Shown here piece by piece: positions 41,598 to 52,096 of a stretch of DNA of 64,000 bases. Source of the stretch: Opitutus sp. (GTDB lineage Bacteria > Verrucomicrobiota > Verrucomicrobiia > Opitutales > Opitutaceae); contig JANPZY010000003.1 of assembly GCA_024707325.1 (NCBI GenBank), forward strand, positions 17,361-81,360, given 5' to 3'. Under the pieces are notes generated by a model. The model was not told where the DNA came from and made no database searches. It saw nothing but the letters and a program-made list of their open reading frames with translations. Each line of letters begins with the position of its first letter. The first letter of the stretch is position 1. Both the position numbers and the translations under genes were made by a program.

Positions 41598-43109
41598 ATG
41601 AGCGGGCCCGGATTTAGCCACGAACTACGCCAGCGGCAGACACAATCGCTTGTTCTCGCCCCTCAACTCCGCCAATCCCTGAAAATTCTCCAGGTGGCGG
41701 CGCTCGATTTGCGTTCGGTCATTCAGGAGGAACTCCAGAGCAATCCGACACTCGAGGAACTGCCGATGGAGGGCGAAAGCCCGGATGCGCCCGAGGCGGC
41801 CGATGCCAGCACCGATGCCAACAGCGACGGTGGTGACGATGGCCTTTCCTCTTCGTCCGATCACGACAGCGACAGCTCCGACGACGCCCGTGAGGAACTC
41901 GATTTTTCCAAGGAGTTCGAGATTCTCGGCAAACTCGACGAAGACTGGCGCGACCACCTCGCCAGTGCCGGCGGCGCACAGCCCTTCACCGCCGAAGACG
42001 CGGAAAAGCGCCAGCACTTCTTCGATTCGCTCGTATCCGAAACGTCACTACAGGAGCACCTGATGCAGCAGGTCGCGCTCGACGACCTGTCGCCGCCCAT
42101 GCTCGAGGCGCTCAAACAGCTCATCGGCAATCTCGACGACCGCGGCTATCTCGCCCAATCCCCGTCCGATATCGCACTGCAGGCCGGCCTGCCCTACGAT
42201 GTGGTCGTCGACGCGCTGAAGCTCCTTCACACCTTCGATCCGCCGGGCATCGGCAGCCAGAACCTCGCCGAGTGCCTCCTCCTCCAGCTTCGCGCCAAAG
42301 GCCGCGGCGACACGCTCGCTGCGCGGATGCTGCGCGATCACTTCGAACTGCTTTCCCGCCGGCGCATCCCCGAGCTTTCCCGCAAGCTCGGTGCCGCGCC
42401 GGACGACGTTCAGGCCGCCATCGAAGAGATCGGCAAACTCGATCCCGCTCCCGGCCGCCGTTTCGCCGAGGACAACAACCGCGTCGTCGTGCCCGATGTC
42501 GTGGTCGAGAAGGACGGCGACGAGTGGAAAATCCACCTCAACAGCGACTACATCCCCCGGCTTCGCATCTCCAGCACCTACCGCGAGATGATCGCCAAGG
42601 GAACGCTGTCGAAACAGGAGCGCGACTACATCCGTGAGCGCATCCGCTCGGGCAAATTCCTCATCGACTCCATCGAGCAGCGCCAGCGCACGATCGAGCG
42701 CATCACCCGCGAGATCATCACCGCCCAGATCGATTTCTTCGAACACGGTGTGTCGCAGCTGAAACCGCTCACGATGACCCAGATCGCGGACATCGTGGGT
42801 GTGCACGAGACGACCGTCAGCCGCGCCATCGCGAACAAGTATATGAAAACGCCGCACGGCGTCTTCGAATTCAAATACTTCTTCACCACCGGCTATCAGG
42901 CCGAGAGCGGCGCCGCGGTTTCCAACACGAGCGTGAAGGAAATGCTGGCCGACCTCGTCACGCTCGAGGACAAGTCCGCACCGCTGAGCGATCAGGAGCT
43001 CGTCGCGAAACTGCAGCAAAAGGGCATCACCCTCGCCCGCCGCACGGTGGCGAAATATCGCGAAGAGCTGGGCATTCTCCCGAGCAATCTCCGCCGCGAT
43101 TACAAGTAA
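41598..43109 (+). CDS. rpoN: RNA polymerase sigma-54 factor
   Basis: N-terminal LRQRQTQSLVLAPQLRQSLKILQ, an acidic region and the RpoN box ARRTVAKYRE. Confidence 0.95.
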   Translation: MSGPGFSHELRQRQTQSLVLAPQLRQSLKILQVAALDLRSVIQEELQSNPTLEELPMEGESPDAPEAADASTDANSDGGDDGLSSSSDHDSDSSDDAREELDFSKEFEILGKLDEDWRDHLASAGGAQPFTAEDAEKRQHFFDSLVSETSLQEHLMQQVALDDLSPPMLEALKQLIGNLDDRGYLAQSPSDIALQAGLPYDVVVDALKLLHTFDPPGIGSQNLAECLLLQLRAKGRGDTLAARMLRDHFELLSRRRIPELSRKLGAAPDDVQAAIEEIGKLDPAPGRRFAEDNNRVVVPDVVVEKDGDEWKIHLNSDYIPRLRISSTYREMIAKGTLSKQERDYIRERIRSGKFLIDSIEQRQRTIERITREIITAQIDFFEHGVSQLKPLTMTQIADIVGVHETTVSRAIANKYMKTPHGVFEFKYFFTTGYQAESGAAVSNTSVKEMLADLVTLEDKSAPLSDQELVAKLQQKGITLARRTVAKYREELGILPSNLRRDYK

Positions 43110-43170
43110 GCCCAAGCGTGCTTGCTTCTCGATCGCGCGGCGAGCAGATCGCTCAGTCTCCAACGAAACA

Positions 43171-43198
43171 CCCGGCGCATCCGCCGGGTTTTCTTTTT
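43171..43198 (+). terminator. Intrinsic terminator after rpoN
   Basis: CCCGGCG, loop CATC, CGCCGGG, then TTTTCTTTTT. Confidence 0.7.
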
Positions 43199-43232
43199 AC
43201 CGCGAGGCGCTCGGAACGCCTGGCGAATGGCC

Positions 43233-44644
43233 TTAGCGCGACGCGCGCTGCGGCGCACCGCGATTGGGCACCGCACGGTTGCCGGCCGAGGGCGGAGCTG
43301 CGCGATGGTAAACACGATCAGCCGTTTGCACCGGCGCCGCACGGCGCACATCGGCCGAACGATCCACATTGATGCGTCCTCCGACGCTCGGTTTCACCCG
43401 GCCCGGCGTTGCCGGCACGCGCGGCGTCTGCACCGCGGTTTCACGGTTCGCCGTTCCCGGCCGAACAAGCTTCGGCGGCTGTCCGAGATTTCCTCGTCCT
43501 CCGATGGCGGGATTGTTGCGCGCCGGATAGGGCTGCGGCACGCGCACCTCTGGCGCCGCGCGGTTTGGTGTGGGCGCTTTCATATCCGGACGCAGGCGGT
43601 GCGTGGGATTGGGCGCCGTCGTCACATCCGGCCGGCGGTTCGCGGGCGGACGATTGACGGCGTCCAGATTTCCACGCGTGCCACCCGGAACGCGCGGACG
43701 ATTGATATCGGGACGTCCCGTGCGGGAGTCGTTGTCGGCGTGAAATTGACCGTTACCGGGTCGGCGATCCGGACGATTCTGCCAGCGATCGCGATCCGGT
43801 CGACGGTTCTCAATCGGGCGCGGACGAGCCATATGCTGATGCCACTCATGGCGCGGACGCGGACGCGGGAACGGGCGTTCATAGCGCGGACGCCACGCGT
43901 GACGCGGACCGTCGTGCCAGAAACCGGGCCGTCCGTGATGCCAGTAATGCGGGTGCCAGTGATGACGATTCCCGACGTAGATCACACGACTGTGCCAGTC
44001 GCACGAATACACGAGCCAGCTTCCGACGCTGAAACCGAGACCGAAATAGATCGGAGATGACGTGTAGTAACGACGTTCGACATACACGACATCCGGATCG
44101 TAGCGCGGCACGTAGATGATCTCCTTTTTGCGCCGGGACGATCGCGATCGTGTTTGTGTCTTCGACGATGACTTTTTGCTGCGGCGTGTCGGCCAGCGCT
44201 CCGTTCTCTTTCGCCTTGGCGCGCAGGCGCTGCATCGAGGCCATCACATCGCCCTGTTGCGCGAGATACGTTTCACCGAGTTGTCGCGTCCACGCGAGGT
44301 TTTCGTCCATCCACTGAACCACTTCCGGATAACGCGAGCGCGCGCACGGAATCGTCCCACGGCTGTTCGTCGATCTTCTCCGGATCGGCGCCGTCGTCGA
44401 GATAGCGCGCGGCGAGCACGATATCCGAAGGATACGTGGACGCGGGCAAAATGATCGCGACCAATGCATCAGGATACAGCGCGATCGGGCCAAGCAGTTC
44501 GTCGAGTTCCTCACCTTTGAGCGCATCGGCCGACTGCACCGAGGGAGCCGCCGTGCTCGGACCCGCCACCGTGCTGCCAGCCGGTTGCGCCGACAACGAA
44601 GACGCAAACAACAGACAGGCGAAAATGGATGCGCTGGATTTCAT
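43233..44644 (-). pseudogene. DUF3300 domain secreted protein with Pro/Arg/His-rich tail, frame broken twice
   Basis: Signal peptide, then LDELLGPIALYPDALVAIILPASTYPSDIV...WDDSVRALA | RYPEVVQWMDENLAWTRQLGETYLAQQGDVM...IVPAQK | EIIYVPRYDPDVVY. The breaks lie near 44333-44345 (GC-alternating run) and at the T5 run 44125-44129. Confidence 0.7.
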
Positions 44645-44736
44645 GGGGTAATGCGGTTGGTCACACTATGACACAACTGTGCCCTTTCGTGTGCCCACTA
44701 AAACCGACGCAACTCCCTGCCCCAGCGTGATCGGAT

Positions 44737-47616
44737 TTACGCCGGCGCGGCCGCACGCCACTTCGCCAACGCATCACCTGTGAGCGAACGCTCCGCCGAC
44801 TCGATCTCCGAGCGCGGCCCGGCAAAGACGATCTCGCCGCCATCGCGTCCGCCGCCGGGTCCAAGGTCGATAATCCAGTCGGCAAGATTGATGACGTCGA
44901 GGTTGTGCTCGATCACGATGACGGTGTTGCCCGCGTCGCGCAGTTTGAAGAGCAGGTCCATCAACTTCTGGATGTCGACCCAGTGCAAACCGGTCGTCGG
45001 TTCATCGAGGATGTAGAGCGTGCGGCCTTGCTGACGTTTGCTCAACTCGAGCGAGAGTTTGAGGCGCTGCGCTTCGCCGCCCGAGAGCGTGGTCGCGGAC
45101 TGTCCGAGCGTGAGATAACCGAGGCCGACCGCTTCGAGCGTCTGCAACTTGTCCATCACGCGCGGGATGTTGCGGAAGAGCTTGATCGCGTCGCGCACTG
45201 TCATGTCGAGCACGTCGGCGATCGAGCGTCCGTGAAACAGCACCTCGAGCGTCTCGCGATTGAAACGTCGTCCACCGCAGCTCGGGCACGGCGCGTAGGC
45301 GTCGGGCATGAACTGCATGTCGAGTTTGATCACGCCGTCACCCTGACAACGTTCGCAGCGGCCGCCGCGCACGTTGAACGAGAACCGACTCGCCTTGTAG
45401 CCGCGGACTTTCGCGAGCGGGAGTTGCGCGAAAAGATCGCGCAATAAATCGAGCAGGCCGACGTAGGTCGCGGGATTCGAACGCGGACTGCGTCCGATCG
45501 GCTCCTGGTCGACCTGCACGAGCTTCTCGAAGAAATCGAGGTTCTCGACGTGTCGGTGTTTGCCCGGAAGCGTTTTGGCGCCGTTGAGTTTTCGCGCCGC
45601 CACGGCCGCGAGCACGTCGTTGACGAGCGTGCTTTTGCCCGAACCGCTGACACCCGTCACGCACGTGAGCAGCCCGATCGGAAAACGTGCATCGACGCCG
45701 CGCAGATTGTTCGCCCGCGCTTCACGCACCGTGAGCCACGCGTCGTCGGGCTCCTTCGTTTTCGCATCTTTCAACACCCCGAGTTTGCGTGCGAGATACG
45801 GCCCTGTGCGCGAGACTTTCGCCGAAAGCTGCATGCAGGCTTCGGGCGTGCCTTGGAACAGAAGTTCACCGCCCTCGGTGCCTGCCTCGGGCCCGAGTTC
45901 GATGATTTCATCGGCGAGCCGCATCGTGTCTTCGTCGTGCTCGACCACGAGCACGGTGTTACCGCGATCGCGCAGCGCGACGATCGTATCGAGCAGCTTC
46001 TGGTTGTCGTGTGGATGCAATCCGATGCTCGGCTCATCGAGCACGTAGATCACACCCATGAGGCCCATGCCGAGCTGCGTCGCCAATCGCACACGCTGCG
46101 CCTCGCCGCCGGAGAGCGTCGCATAATCGCGCTCGAGCGTCAGATAACCGAGTCCGGTTTCGAGGAGGAAATGGAGCCGCTGTTCAATGCCTTGCACCAC
46201 GTCGCTCACCGCATCGTTGTCCGCGAACGTCTTCACCACTTCCCGCGAGAACGCATGCGCTTGCCCGACGTCCTGCGCCATGAACTGCGGAAATGTGAGG
46301 CCCGGCGACGAATCGCCCGCGAGCCGCACGCGCACCGCGCCGCTGCGCGCGTTGAGGCGGGTGCCGTGACACTCGGGGCACTCGCCGCTCACCATGAAAC
46401 TCGTGAGCCGAGCACGAAAGCCGTCGCTGTCAGTCTCGCGAAAACTCTCCTCGAGATCCGCGATCACTCCGGCAAACGGCATCGCTCTGGCCTCACGCAT
46501 GCGGCGAAGTTTGAACGCGAACTGCCGCTCGCCCGCGCCAAACAGCAGCGCGTTGCGCGTCTCCTCCGGCAGCTTGGTCCATGGCACGTCGGGATCGAAC
46601 GGCAGTTGCTCCGCCAGTTGCTTCAGCAGCGCGTTGTGTTTGATGATGAGATTTTTTCCGCCGATGCGCCACGGCTTGATCGCTCCTTCGCGCACCGACT
46701 TCTCCGGATCGGGCACGATCAACTCGGGCACGAAACGCAGCTTCCGCCCCAGTCCGCCGCAGGTCGGACACGCGCCTTCGGAGTGGTTGAAGGAAAAATG
46801 CCGCGGCGTGAGCTTTTCGAACACGTCGCCACAAATCTCGCACGCGAGCGACTGGCTCAGCGGAATCTCTCGCCATGGCGCGTCGGATGTTTTCTGCGTG
46901 AGCACGATCGCACGATCCTTGCCCTCGCGAAACGCCAGTTCCAGCGAGTCCGCGATGCGGCTGCGCTGATCGGCGTTGGCGACGAGACGATCGATCACGA
47001 GATCGACCACGACCTCCTGCGTGCCGCTGGGGAGAATCTTCGTTTCGTCGAGATTCTTGATTTCGCCATCGAGCCGCACGCGCTGAAAACCACGCTGACG
47101 CAGTCGCGGCAGCTCTTCGCGCAGCACGCTCGGCTTTGCACGCATCGCGGGAGCGAGGAGAATCACACGCTCGCCCGGACACTCGGTGAGGATGCGCTGC
47201 ACATTGTCGTCGAGCGAACGCTGCACGATCCGGCCGCCGTCCTTCGGGCAGTATTGCTCACCACACAGCGCCCACAGGAGTTGCGCGTAGTCCGCGATCT
47301 CCGTCGCGGTCGCAATTGTGCTTCGCGGACCGCCGGCGCCGGTGCGCTGCTCGATCGCGAGCACCGGCGAGAGCCCATGGATGAAATCAACGTCCGGCCG
47401 CTTCAGTTGATCGAGCGCCTGACGGGCCTGCGTGGACAGGCTCTCCATGTATTTGCGGTAGCCCTCGGCGTAGATCGTGTCGAAGGCGAGCGACGATTTC
47501 CCGGACCCGCTCGGGCCGGTGATCACCACAAGTTTCCCTCTCGGGATGCGCAACTCGAGGTTCTTCAGATTATGTTCCCGGGCACCTTTAACATGAATGT
47601 GAGTCGCAGCCTGCAT
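44737..47616 (-). CDS. uvrA: Excinuclease ABC subunit A
   Basis: [14 protein letters not shown]...[14 protein letters not shown], two ABC modules and zinc fingers. Start is MQAATHIHV (ATG 47616). Confidence 0.95.
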   Translation of the reverse strand: MQAATHIHVKGAREHNLKNLELRIPRGKLVVITGPSGSGKSSLAFDTIYAEGYRKYMESLSTQARQALDQLKRPDVDFIHGLSPVLAIEQRTGAGGPRSTIATATEIADYAQLLWALCGEQYCPKDGGRIVQRSLDDNVQRILTECPGERVILLAPAMRAKPSVLREELPRLRQRGFQRVRLDGEIKNLDETKILPSGTQEVVVDLVIDRLVANADQRSRIADSLELAFREGKDRAIVLTQKTSDAPWREIPLSQSLACEICGDVFEKLTPRHFSFNHSEGACPTCGGLGRKLRFVPELIVPDPEKSVREGAIKPWRIGGKNLIIKHNALLKQLAEQLPFDPDVPWTKLPEETRNALLFGAGERQFAFKLRRMREARAMPFAGVIADLEESFRETDSDGFRARLTSFMVSGECPECHGTRLNARSGAVRVRLAGDSSPGLTFPQFMAQDVGQAHAFSREVVKTFADNDAVSDVVQGIEQRLHFLLETGLGYLTLERDYATLSGGEAQRVRLATQLGMGLMGVIYVLDEPSIGLHPHDNQKLLDTIVALRDRGNTVLVVEHDEDTMRLADEIIELGPEAGTEGGELLFQGTPEACMQLSAKVSRTGPYLARKLGVLKDAKTKEPDDAWLTVREARANNLRGVDARFPIGLLTCVTGVSGSGKSTLVNDVLAAVAARKLNGAKTLPGKHRHVENLDFFEKLVQVDQEPIGRSPRSNPATYVGLLDLLRDLFAQLPLAKVRGYKASRFSFNVRGGRCERCQGDGVIKLDMQFMPDAYAPCPSCGGRRFNRETLEVLFHGRSIADVLDMTVRDAIKLFRNIPRVMDKLQTLEAVGLGYLTLGQSATTLSGGEAQRLKLSLELSKRQQGRTLYILDEPTTGLHWVDIQKLMDLLFKLRDAGNTVIVIEHNLDVINLADWIIDLGPGGGRDGGEIVFAGPRSEIESAERSLTGDALAKWRAAAPA

Positions 47617-47750
47617 GAGGTTGAACGCGCAACTTACGCGAATTCCGCCGGCGTCAAAGGGCGAAGTGAAGCGACAGCCGTTGTCGCGGAGAAACGCTAC
47701 ACCGCTTTCCACTGGTCAATTACAACGCGAGCTGGTGTCGTGTGCGGCCC

Positions 47751-48929
47751 ATGACTGACGACTCCGCCACGCCCGTTCTGACCGCGAGCCAGCGCCGGAT
47801 CGTCGGCTTTGCGCTCACGCTCACCGCCGTGCTCGGCTCGGTCGCGCTCTTGATCATCGCAATCGTGATGCTGGGGCGTGCGGTGAGTTACTTCTCGAGC
47901 CTGCTCTGGCCGCTGGCCGTCGCCGGGGTGCTCGCACTGATTTTGCGTCCACTGGTCGATCGGCTGACGCGACGCTTTCGCATGCGTCGCCTCGCTGCGG
48001 TGATCCTGTTGTTCGGCATCTTTGTGCTGACCGTCGCGGGTCTGCTCGTGCTCGCGCTGCCGCCGCTCATCGATCAGGTAATCGCGTTCATTAACTATTT
48101 CCCGGAATTGTGGGCTCGCGGCGTGAGCTACGTGCAAGCCAACTATCCGCAATGGGTGGCCGTCGTTCAGCGGCAACTCGAGAACCCGACGATTCGCAGC
48201 ATCGTCGAGAGCTTCACCCAGCAGGCAAAGTCGCTCCTCACGCTCACCTTGCCTTCGTTGCGCGCGGCGGGCGGCGGTGTGGTCGGACTGATGGCGTTTA
48301 CTGCCCACGTCGCGATCATCCCGGTTTATCTGTTCTTCTTCCTGCTCGCGCGTGGTGAGCCTACGAAAAATCTCTCGCGCGGGCTGTCGTTCGTGCGTCC
48401 CAACCTTCGCGAGGACATCGTATTTCTCGTGCGCGAATTCATCGGCATCGTGGAAGCGTTCTTCCGTGGCCAGATCGTGATCGGCCTGATCATGGGCGTG
48501 CTCTTCGCCGCCGGTTTTTCGCTGATCGGGCTGCGGTTCGGGCTGTTCATCGGTCTCGCGCTGGGCGTGATGAACATCATCCCGTATCTCGGCTCGATCA
48601 TCGGTCTCGCGATCACGATTCCGCTCGCATTCTTCCAGCCGGGCGGCGGCTGGCACCTCGTTGGTTTGGTCCTGCTCGTCAAACTCGCCGTCCAGGTCGT
48701 GGAGGGCTGGTATCTGACCCCGCGCATCATGGGCCACCAAACCGGGCTCCATCCGGTCGCGATCATCGTCGCCGTATTTTTCTGGGGCATCGCGTTTCAC
48801 GGCGTGCTCGGCATGTTGCTCGCGATTCCGCTGACCGCGTTTTTCGTCACGGCGTGGCGTCTCGTGCGCCACAAGTATCTCGAAGACCGTCCTGTGCCGC
48901 ATGTCTCGCTCACTCCGCCCGCCTCCTGA
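47751..48929 (+). CDS. AI-2E (PerM/YhhT) family transporter
   Basis: About 8 TM spans with family-typical layout. The ATG at 47751 lies within ORF 47742.. Confidence 0.7.
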   Translation: MTDDSATPVLTASQRRIVGFALTLTAVLGSVALLIIAIVMLGRAVSYFSSLLWPLAVAGVLALILRPLVDRLTRRFRMRRLAAVILLFGIFVLTVAGLLVLALPPLIDQVIAFINYFPELWARGVSYVQANYPQWVAVVQRQLENPTIRSIVESFTQQAKSLLTLTLPSLRAAGGGVVGLMAFTAHVAIIPVYLFFFLLARGEPTKNLSRGLSFVRPNLREDIVFLVREFIGIVEAFFRGQIVIGLIMGVLFAAGFSLIGLRFGLFIGLALGVMNIIPYLGSIIGLAITIPLAFFQPGGGWHLVGLVLLVKLAVQVVEGWYLTPRIMGHQTGLHPVAIIVAVFFWGIAFHGVLGMLLAIPLTAFFVTAWRLVRHKYLEDRPVPHVSLTPPAS

Positions 48930-49167
48930 GTGCGCCCAGTGCGGCGCCGACATTCCGCCCAACGCCCGCGCGTGTCCCGAATGCGGCGCCGACGAGCGCA
49001 CGGGCTGGCGCGAAGCGAACATTTACGACGGGCTCGATTTACCGGAAGAGGAAACAACTCCGCGGTCGTCGGCGCGCGTGCCCTCCGCCGGCGTCGCGTG
49101 GTATTGGTGGGCAGTCGCGGTCGGGTTGTTGCTGTTGCTCGGTCTCGCCACGCTCGGTTTGAACTGA
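48901..49167 (+). CDS. Zinc-ribbon protein with C-terminal TM segment
   Basis: CAQCGADIPPNARACPECG, plus WYWWAVAVGLLLLLGLATLGL. Confidence 0.5.
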   Translation: MSRSLRPPPECAQCGADIPPNARACPECGADERTGWREANIYDGLDLPEEETTPRSSARVPSAGVAWYWWAVAVGLLLLLGLATLGLN

Positions 49168-49237
49168 TCGTCGCGCCGCACGCGGCGGCGTCACTTGCAT
49201 TGGTGGCTGGCTCGCATCCCTTCTCCTGCTCTCGCGT

Positions 49238-52084
49238 ATGAGCTGGCAAATCGAGTTCCGACACGGCGTGTGGCTGCCCCAAATCGGCTGGTGGCTCGAC
49301 GCACATTTTCCGGTCAAACGCTCGTTCGTCTCGCACGCGCACTTCGACCACGTCGCGGAGCACGAGGAGATCATCGCGTCCGCCGGCACCGCGCGGCTCA
49401 TGCGGGCCCGTCTGCCCGCGCGCCGCACGGAACACGTCCTGCCTTTTGGCCACACCGAGGCGCTCACAACCAACTGCGCGATCACGCTGCATCCAGCGGG
49501 GCACATCTACGGCTCCGCCCAGGCCCTGCTCGAACACGAGCTCCACGGTTCGCTGCTCTACACGGGCGACTTCAAACTGCGCCCCGGCCTCTCCGCCGAA
49601 CCATGCGCCACGCCGCACGCCGACACGCTCATTATGGAGACGACGTTTGGCCGACCGCACTACGTTTTCCCGCCAACCGCCGAAGTGCTCCGTGCAATCG
49701 CGCATTTTTGTGCGGAAACGATTTCCAACGGCGAGACGCCGGTCCTCTTCGGCTACAGCCTCGGCAAGAGTCAGGAACTCCTCAGCGGTCTCGCCGACGC
49801 GCGTCTGCCCGTGATGCTGCATCCACAAACCTGCCGGCTCACCCGCATCTACGAGGAGATGGGACTCACGTTTCCAGACTACCGCGAGTTTTCCGCCGAT
49901 GAACTCGCGGGGCACGTCGTCATCTGCCCACCGCAGGCGCGCGATTCGTCGTTTCTCCGCAAGATCCCGCAGCGTCGCACCGCGATGATCACCGGTTGGG
50001 CGATGGATCCGGGCGCGATCTATCGCTATCAGTGCGACGCAGCCTTTCCTCTCTCCGATCACGCGGACTTTCCCGACTTGATCCGCTTCGTGGAGCGGGT
50101 CGCGCCGCAACGCGTCCTGACCCTGCACGGATTCTCGCGCGAGTTTGCGCAGACGCTGCGCGACCGCGGCATCGAGGCGTGGGCGATCAATCAGGACAAC
50201 CAACTCGAACTCGGGATTCTCAAACCCTCGATCCGCGCTCCCGGTCCGCTCGCCGCCGAGGAAGCGGCACCCGTCGACGCTCCGCTCTCACCCGATTCGT
50301 TCACGCGCTTCGTTGCCACCGCCGACGCGGTCAAAGCCACGCCCGCGAAACTCGAAAAAATCGCGCTGCTTCGCGATTATCTCGCTTCGCTTTCCGCTGA
50401 CGACGCCGCGCGCGCCGCCGTGTTTCTCACGGGGCGGCCGTTCCCGCAAAGCGATGCGCGCACGCTCACGCTCGGCTGGGCGGTGGTGAAGCGCGCCGTG
50501 CTCGAACTCGCGCCCGGCAGCGAGGCGGACTACCGCGACGCGTATCATCGGTTCGCCGACGCAGGCGACGCGACTGGCGCCGTGCTCGCGGGAAAAACCC
50601 AGCCGCGTCCGTGCGCTCTTTCCGAAATCGCGCAGTTCTTCGACGCCGTCGCCGCCGCACGCGGCCCCGCGCCGAAACTCGATCTGTTGCGCAATCGTTT
50701 CTCCGCGCTCGGTCGCAACGAGATTCGCTACCTCGTGAAAATTATCACAGGCGATCTCCGCATCGGCCTCAAAATGGGACTGCTCGAGGAAGCCATCGCC
50801 GCCGCCACCGAACGCACACTCGAAGAGATTCGCGAGGCCAACATGCTGTGCGGCGATATCGCCGCGGTCGTTCGCTCCGCGCGCGCGGGCGAACTGCACA
50901 CGATTCAGCTCCGCGTCTTCCATCCGCTCCAGTTCATGCTCGCGAGCCCGGAGCCGACGGCTGATGCGATCGTCGCGCGCTTCACCGAACTCGCCGCCCC
51001 CTCTCCACCGTGCACCTCAGCTCCTGAATCAAAGTCCGTAATACGGACTTTAGACCATTCTCCCCTCTCAAATTCAAAGTCCGTATTACGGACTTTGCCG
51101 GAAGGGGCGGTGGCGTCGCCGACCATCTGGCTCGAGGAGAAATACGACGGCGTCCGCTGCCAGCTCCACAAAGCGGGCGCTCGCGTGGAGCTCTACTCGC
51201 GCGATCTCCATCGTATCACAGAAACATTTCCCGAACTTGTCACCGCCGCGCGCGAGCTTCCGGGCGACGCGATCATCGACGGCGAATTGCTCGCGTGGCG
51301 CGATGGCCGCGCCCTGCCGTTTGCCGAGCTGCAAAAGCGCCTCGGTCGCAAAGGCGGTGATGACTTCTTTCTCGGTTCCGAGATTCCCGTGTCGCTCTCC
51401 TGCTACGACCTGCTCTGGCGCGATGGTCGCACTCTGCTCAAGGAGCCGCTCGCCACGCGTCGCGACGAACTCGTCGCGCTGCTCCACTCGTTGCCCGAAA
51501 CGCTCGCCGCACGTTTTCCGATCGCGCCGGTGCAACTCGTCCACACTGCCGACGAGATCGAAGCCGCCTTTCTCGCCGCCCGCCAGCGCGGCAACGAAGG
51601 CCTGATGGCAAAAGATCCGCAGAGCGCCTACACGCCCGGACGCCGCGGTCTCGCCTGGCTGAAACTCAAGAAAGCCTACGCCACGCTCGACGTCGTTGTG
51701 GTCGGCGCCGAATACGGCCACGGCAAGCGTCACGCCGTGCTCAGCGACTACACGTTCGCGATCCGTGACGAGGAAAACGGCAATCGCCTGCTCACGGTCG
51801 GCAAAGCCTACTCCGGGCTCACCGACGCCGAGATCGTCCAGCTCACGCAGCATTTTCTCGATCACACGCTTGAGGTGCACGGTCGTTACCGCCGCGTCGT
51901 GCCCGATACGGTGCTCGAGATCGCCTTCGACTCGATCCAGCCGAGCGATCGCCACGAGAGCGGTTTCGCCCTGCGTTTTCCGCGCATCGCGCGTATCCGT
52001 TCGGACAAGACAGCGGCGGAGATCGATACGTTGGAAACGTGTCGTCGCCTCGCCGCGCCGCCGAGCTTCGCTCCGGCCCGGTAA
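49238..52084 (+). CDS. Ligase-associated DNA damage response exonuclease (MBL fold) fused to ATP-dependent DNA ligase
   Basis: The N-terminus has the MBL motif SHAHFDHV. The ligase part has EEKYDGVRCQ (motif I), GLMAKD and WLKLKK. It is a single 948-aa ORF with no internal Met or stop at the domain junction. Confidence 0.85.
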   Translation: MSWQIEFRHGVWLPQIGWWLDAHFPVKRSFVSHAHFDHVAEHEEIIASAGTARLMRARLPARRTEHVLPFGHTEALTTNCAITLHPAGHIYGSAQALLEHELHGSLLYTGDFKLRPGLSAEPCATPHADTLIMETTFGRPHYVFPPTAEVLRAIAHFCAETISNGETPVLFGYSLGKSQELLSGLADARLPVMLHPQTCRLTRIYEEMGLTFPDYREFSADELAGHVVICPPQARDSSFLRKIPQRRTAMITGWAMDPGAIYRYQCDAAFPLSDHADFPDLIRFVERVAPQRVLTLHGFSREFAQTLRDRGIEAWAINQDNQLELGILKPSIRAPGPLAAEEAAPVDAPLSPDSFTRFVATADAVKATPAKLEKIALLRDYLASLSADDAARAAVFLTGRPFPQSDARTLTLGWAVVKRAVLELAPGSEADYRDAYHRFADAGDATGAVLAGKTQPRPCALSEIAQFFDAVAAARGPAPKLDLLRNRFSALGRNEIRYLVKIITGDLRIGLKMGLLEEAIAAATERTLEEIREANMLCGDIAAVVRSARAGELHTIQLRVFHPLQFMLASPEPTADAIVARFTELAAPSPPCTSAPESKSVIRTLDHSPLSNSKSVLRTLPEGAVASPTIWLEEKYDGVRCQLHKAGARVELYSRDLHRITETFPELVTAARELPGDAIIDGELLAWRDGRALPFAELQKRLGRKGGDDFFLGSEIPVSLSCYDLLWRDGRTLLKEPLATRRDELVALLHSLPETLAARFPIAPVQLVHTADEIEAAFLAARQRGNEGLMAKDPQSAYTPGRRGLAWLKLKKAYATLDVVVVGAEYGHGKRHAVLSDYTFAIRDEENGNRLLTVGKAYSGLTDAEIVQLTQHFLDHTLEVHGRYRRVVPDTVLEIAFDSIQPSDRHESGFALRFPRIARIRSDKTAAEIDTLETCRRLAAPPSFAPAR
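50997..51100. repeat. Low-GC twin-palindrome element inside the ligase ORF
   Basis: AAAGTCCGTA-A-TACGGACTTT (51031-51051) and AAAGTCCGTA-T-TACGGACTTT (51076-51096) lie 45 nt apart. Each is preceded by CCCCTCTC...AAT(T)C. Confidence 0.8.
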
Positions 52085-52096
52085 AGCTCCCTGAAA

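Noticed and set aside
43122-44060. 312-aa plus-strand ORF
   Set aside because: It is antisense to the Pro/Arg-rich tail of the DUF3300 gene, whose N-terminal domain clearly defines the coding strand.
47617-49237. SOS/LexA operator upstream of uvrA or the LADDR cluster
   Set aside because: I saw no TGTTC-N4-GAACA-like or CTGT-N8-ACAG-like dyad in either upstream region.
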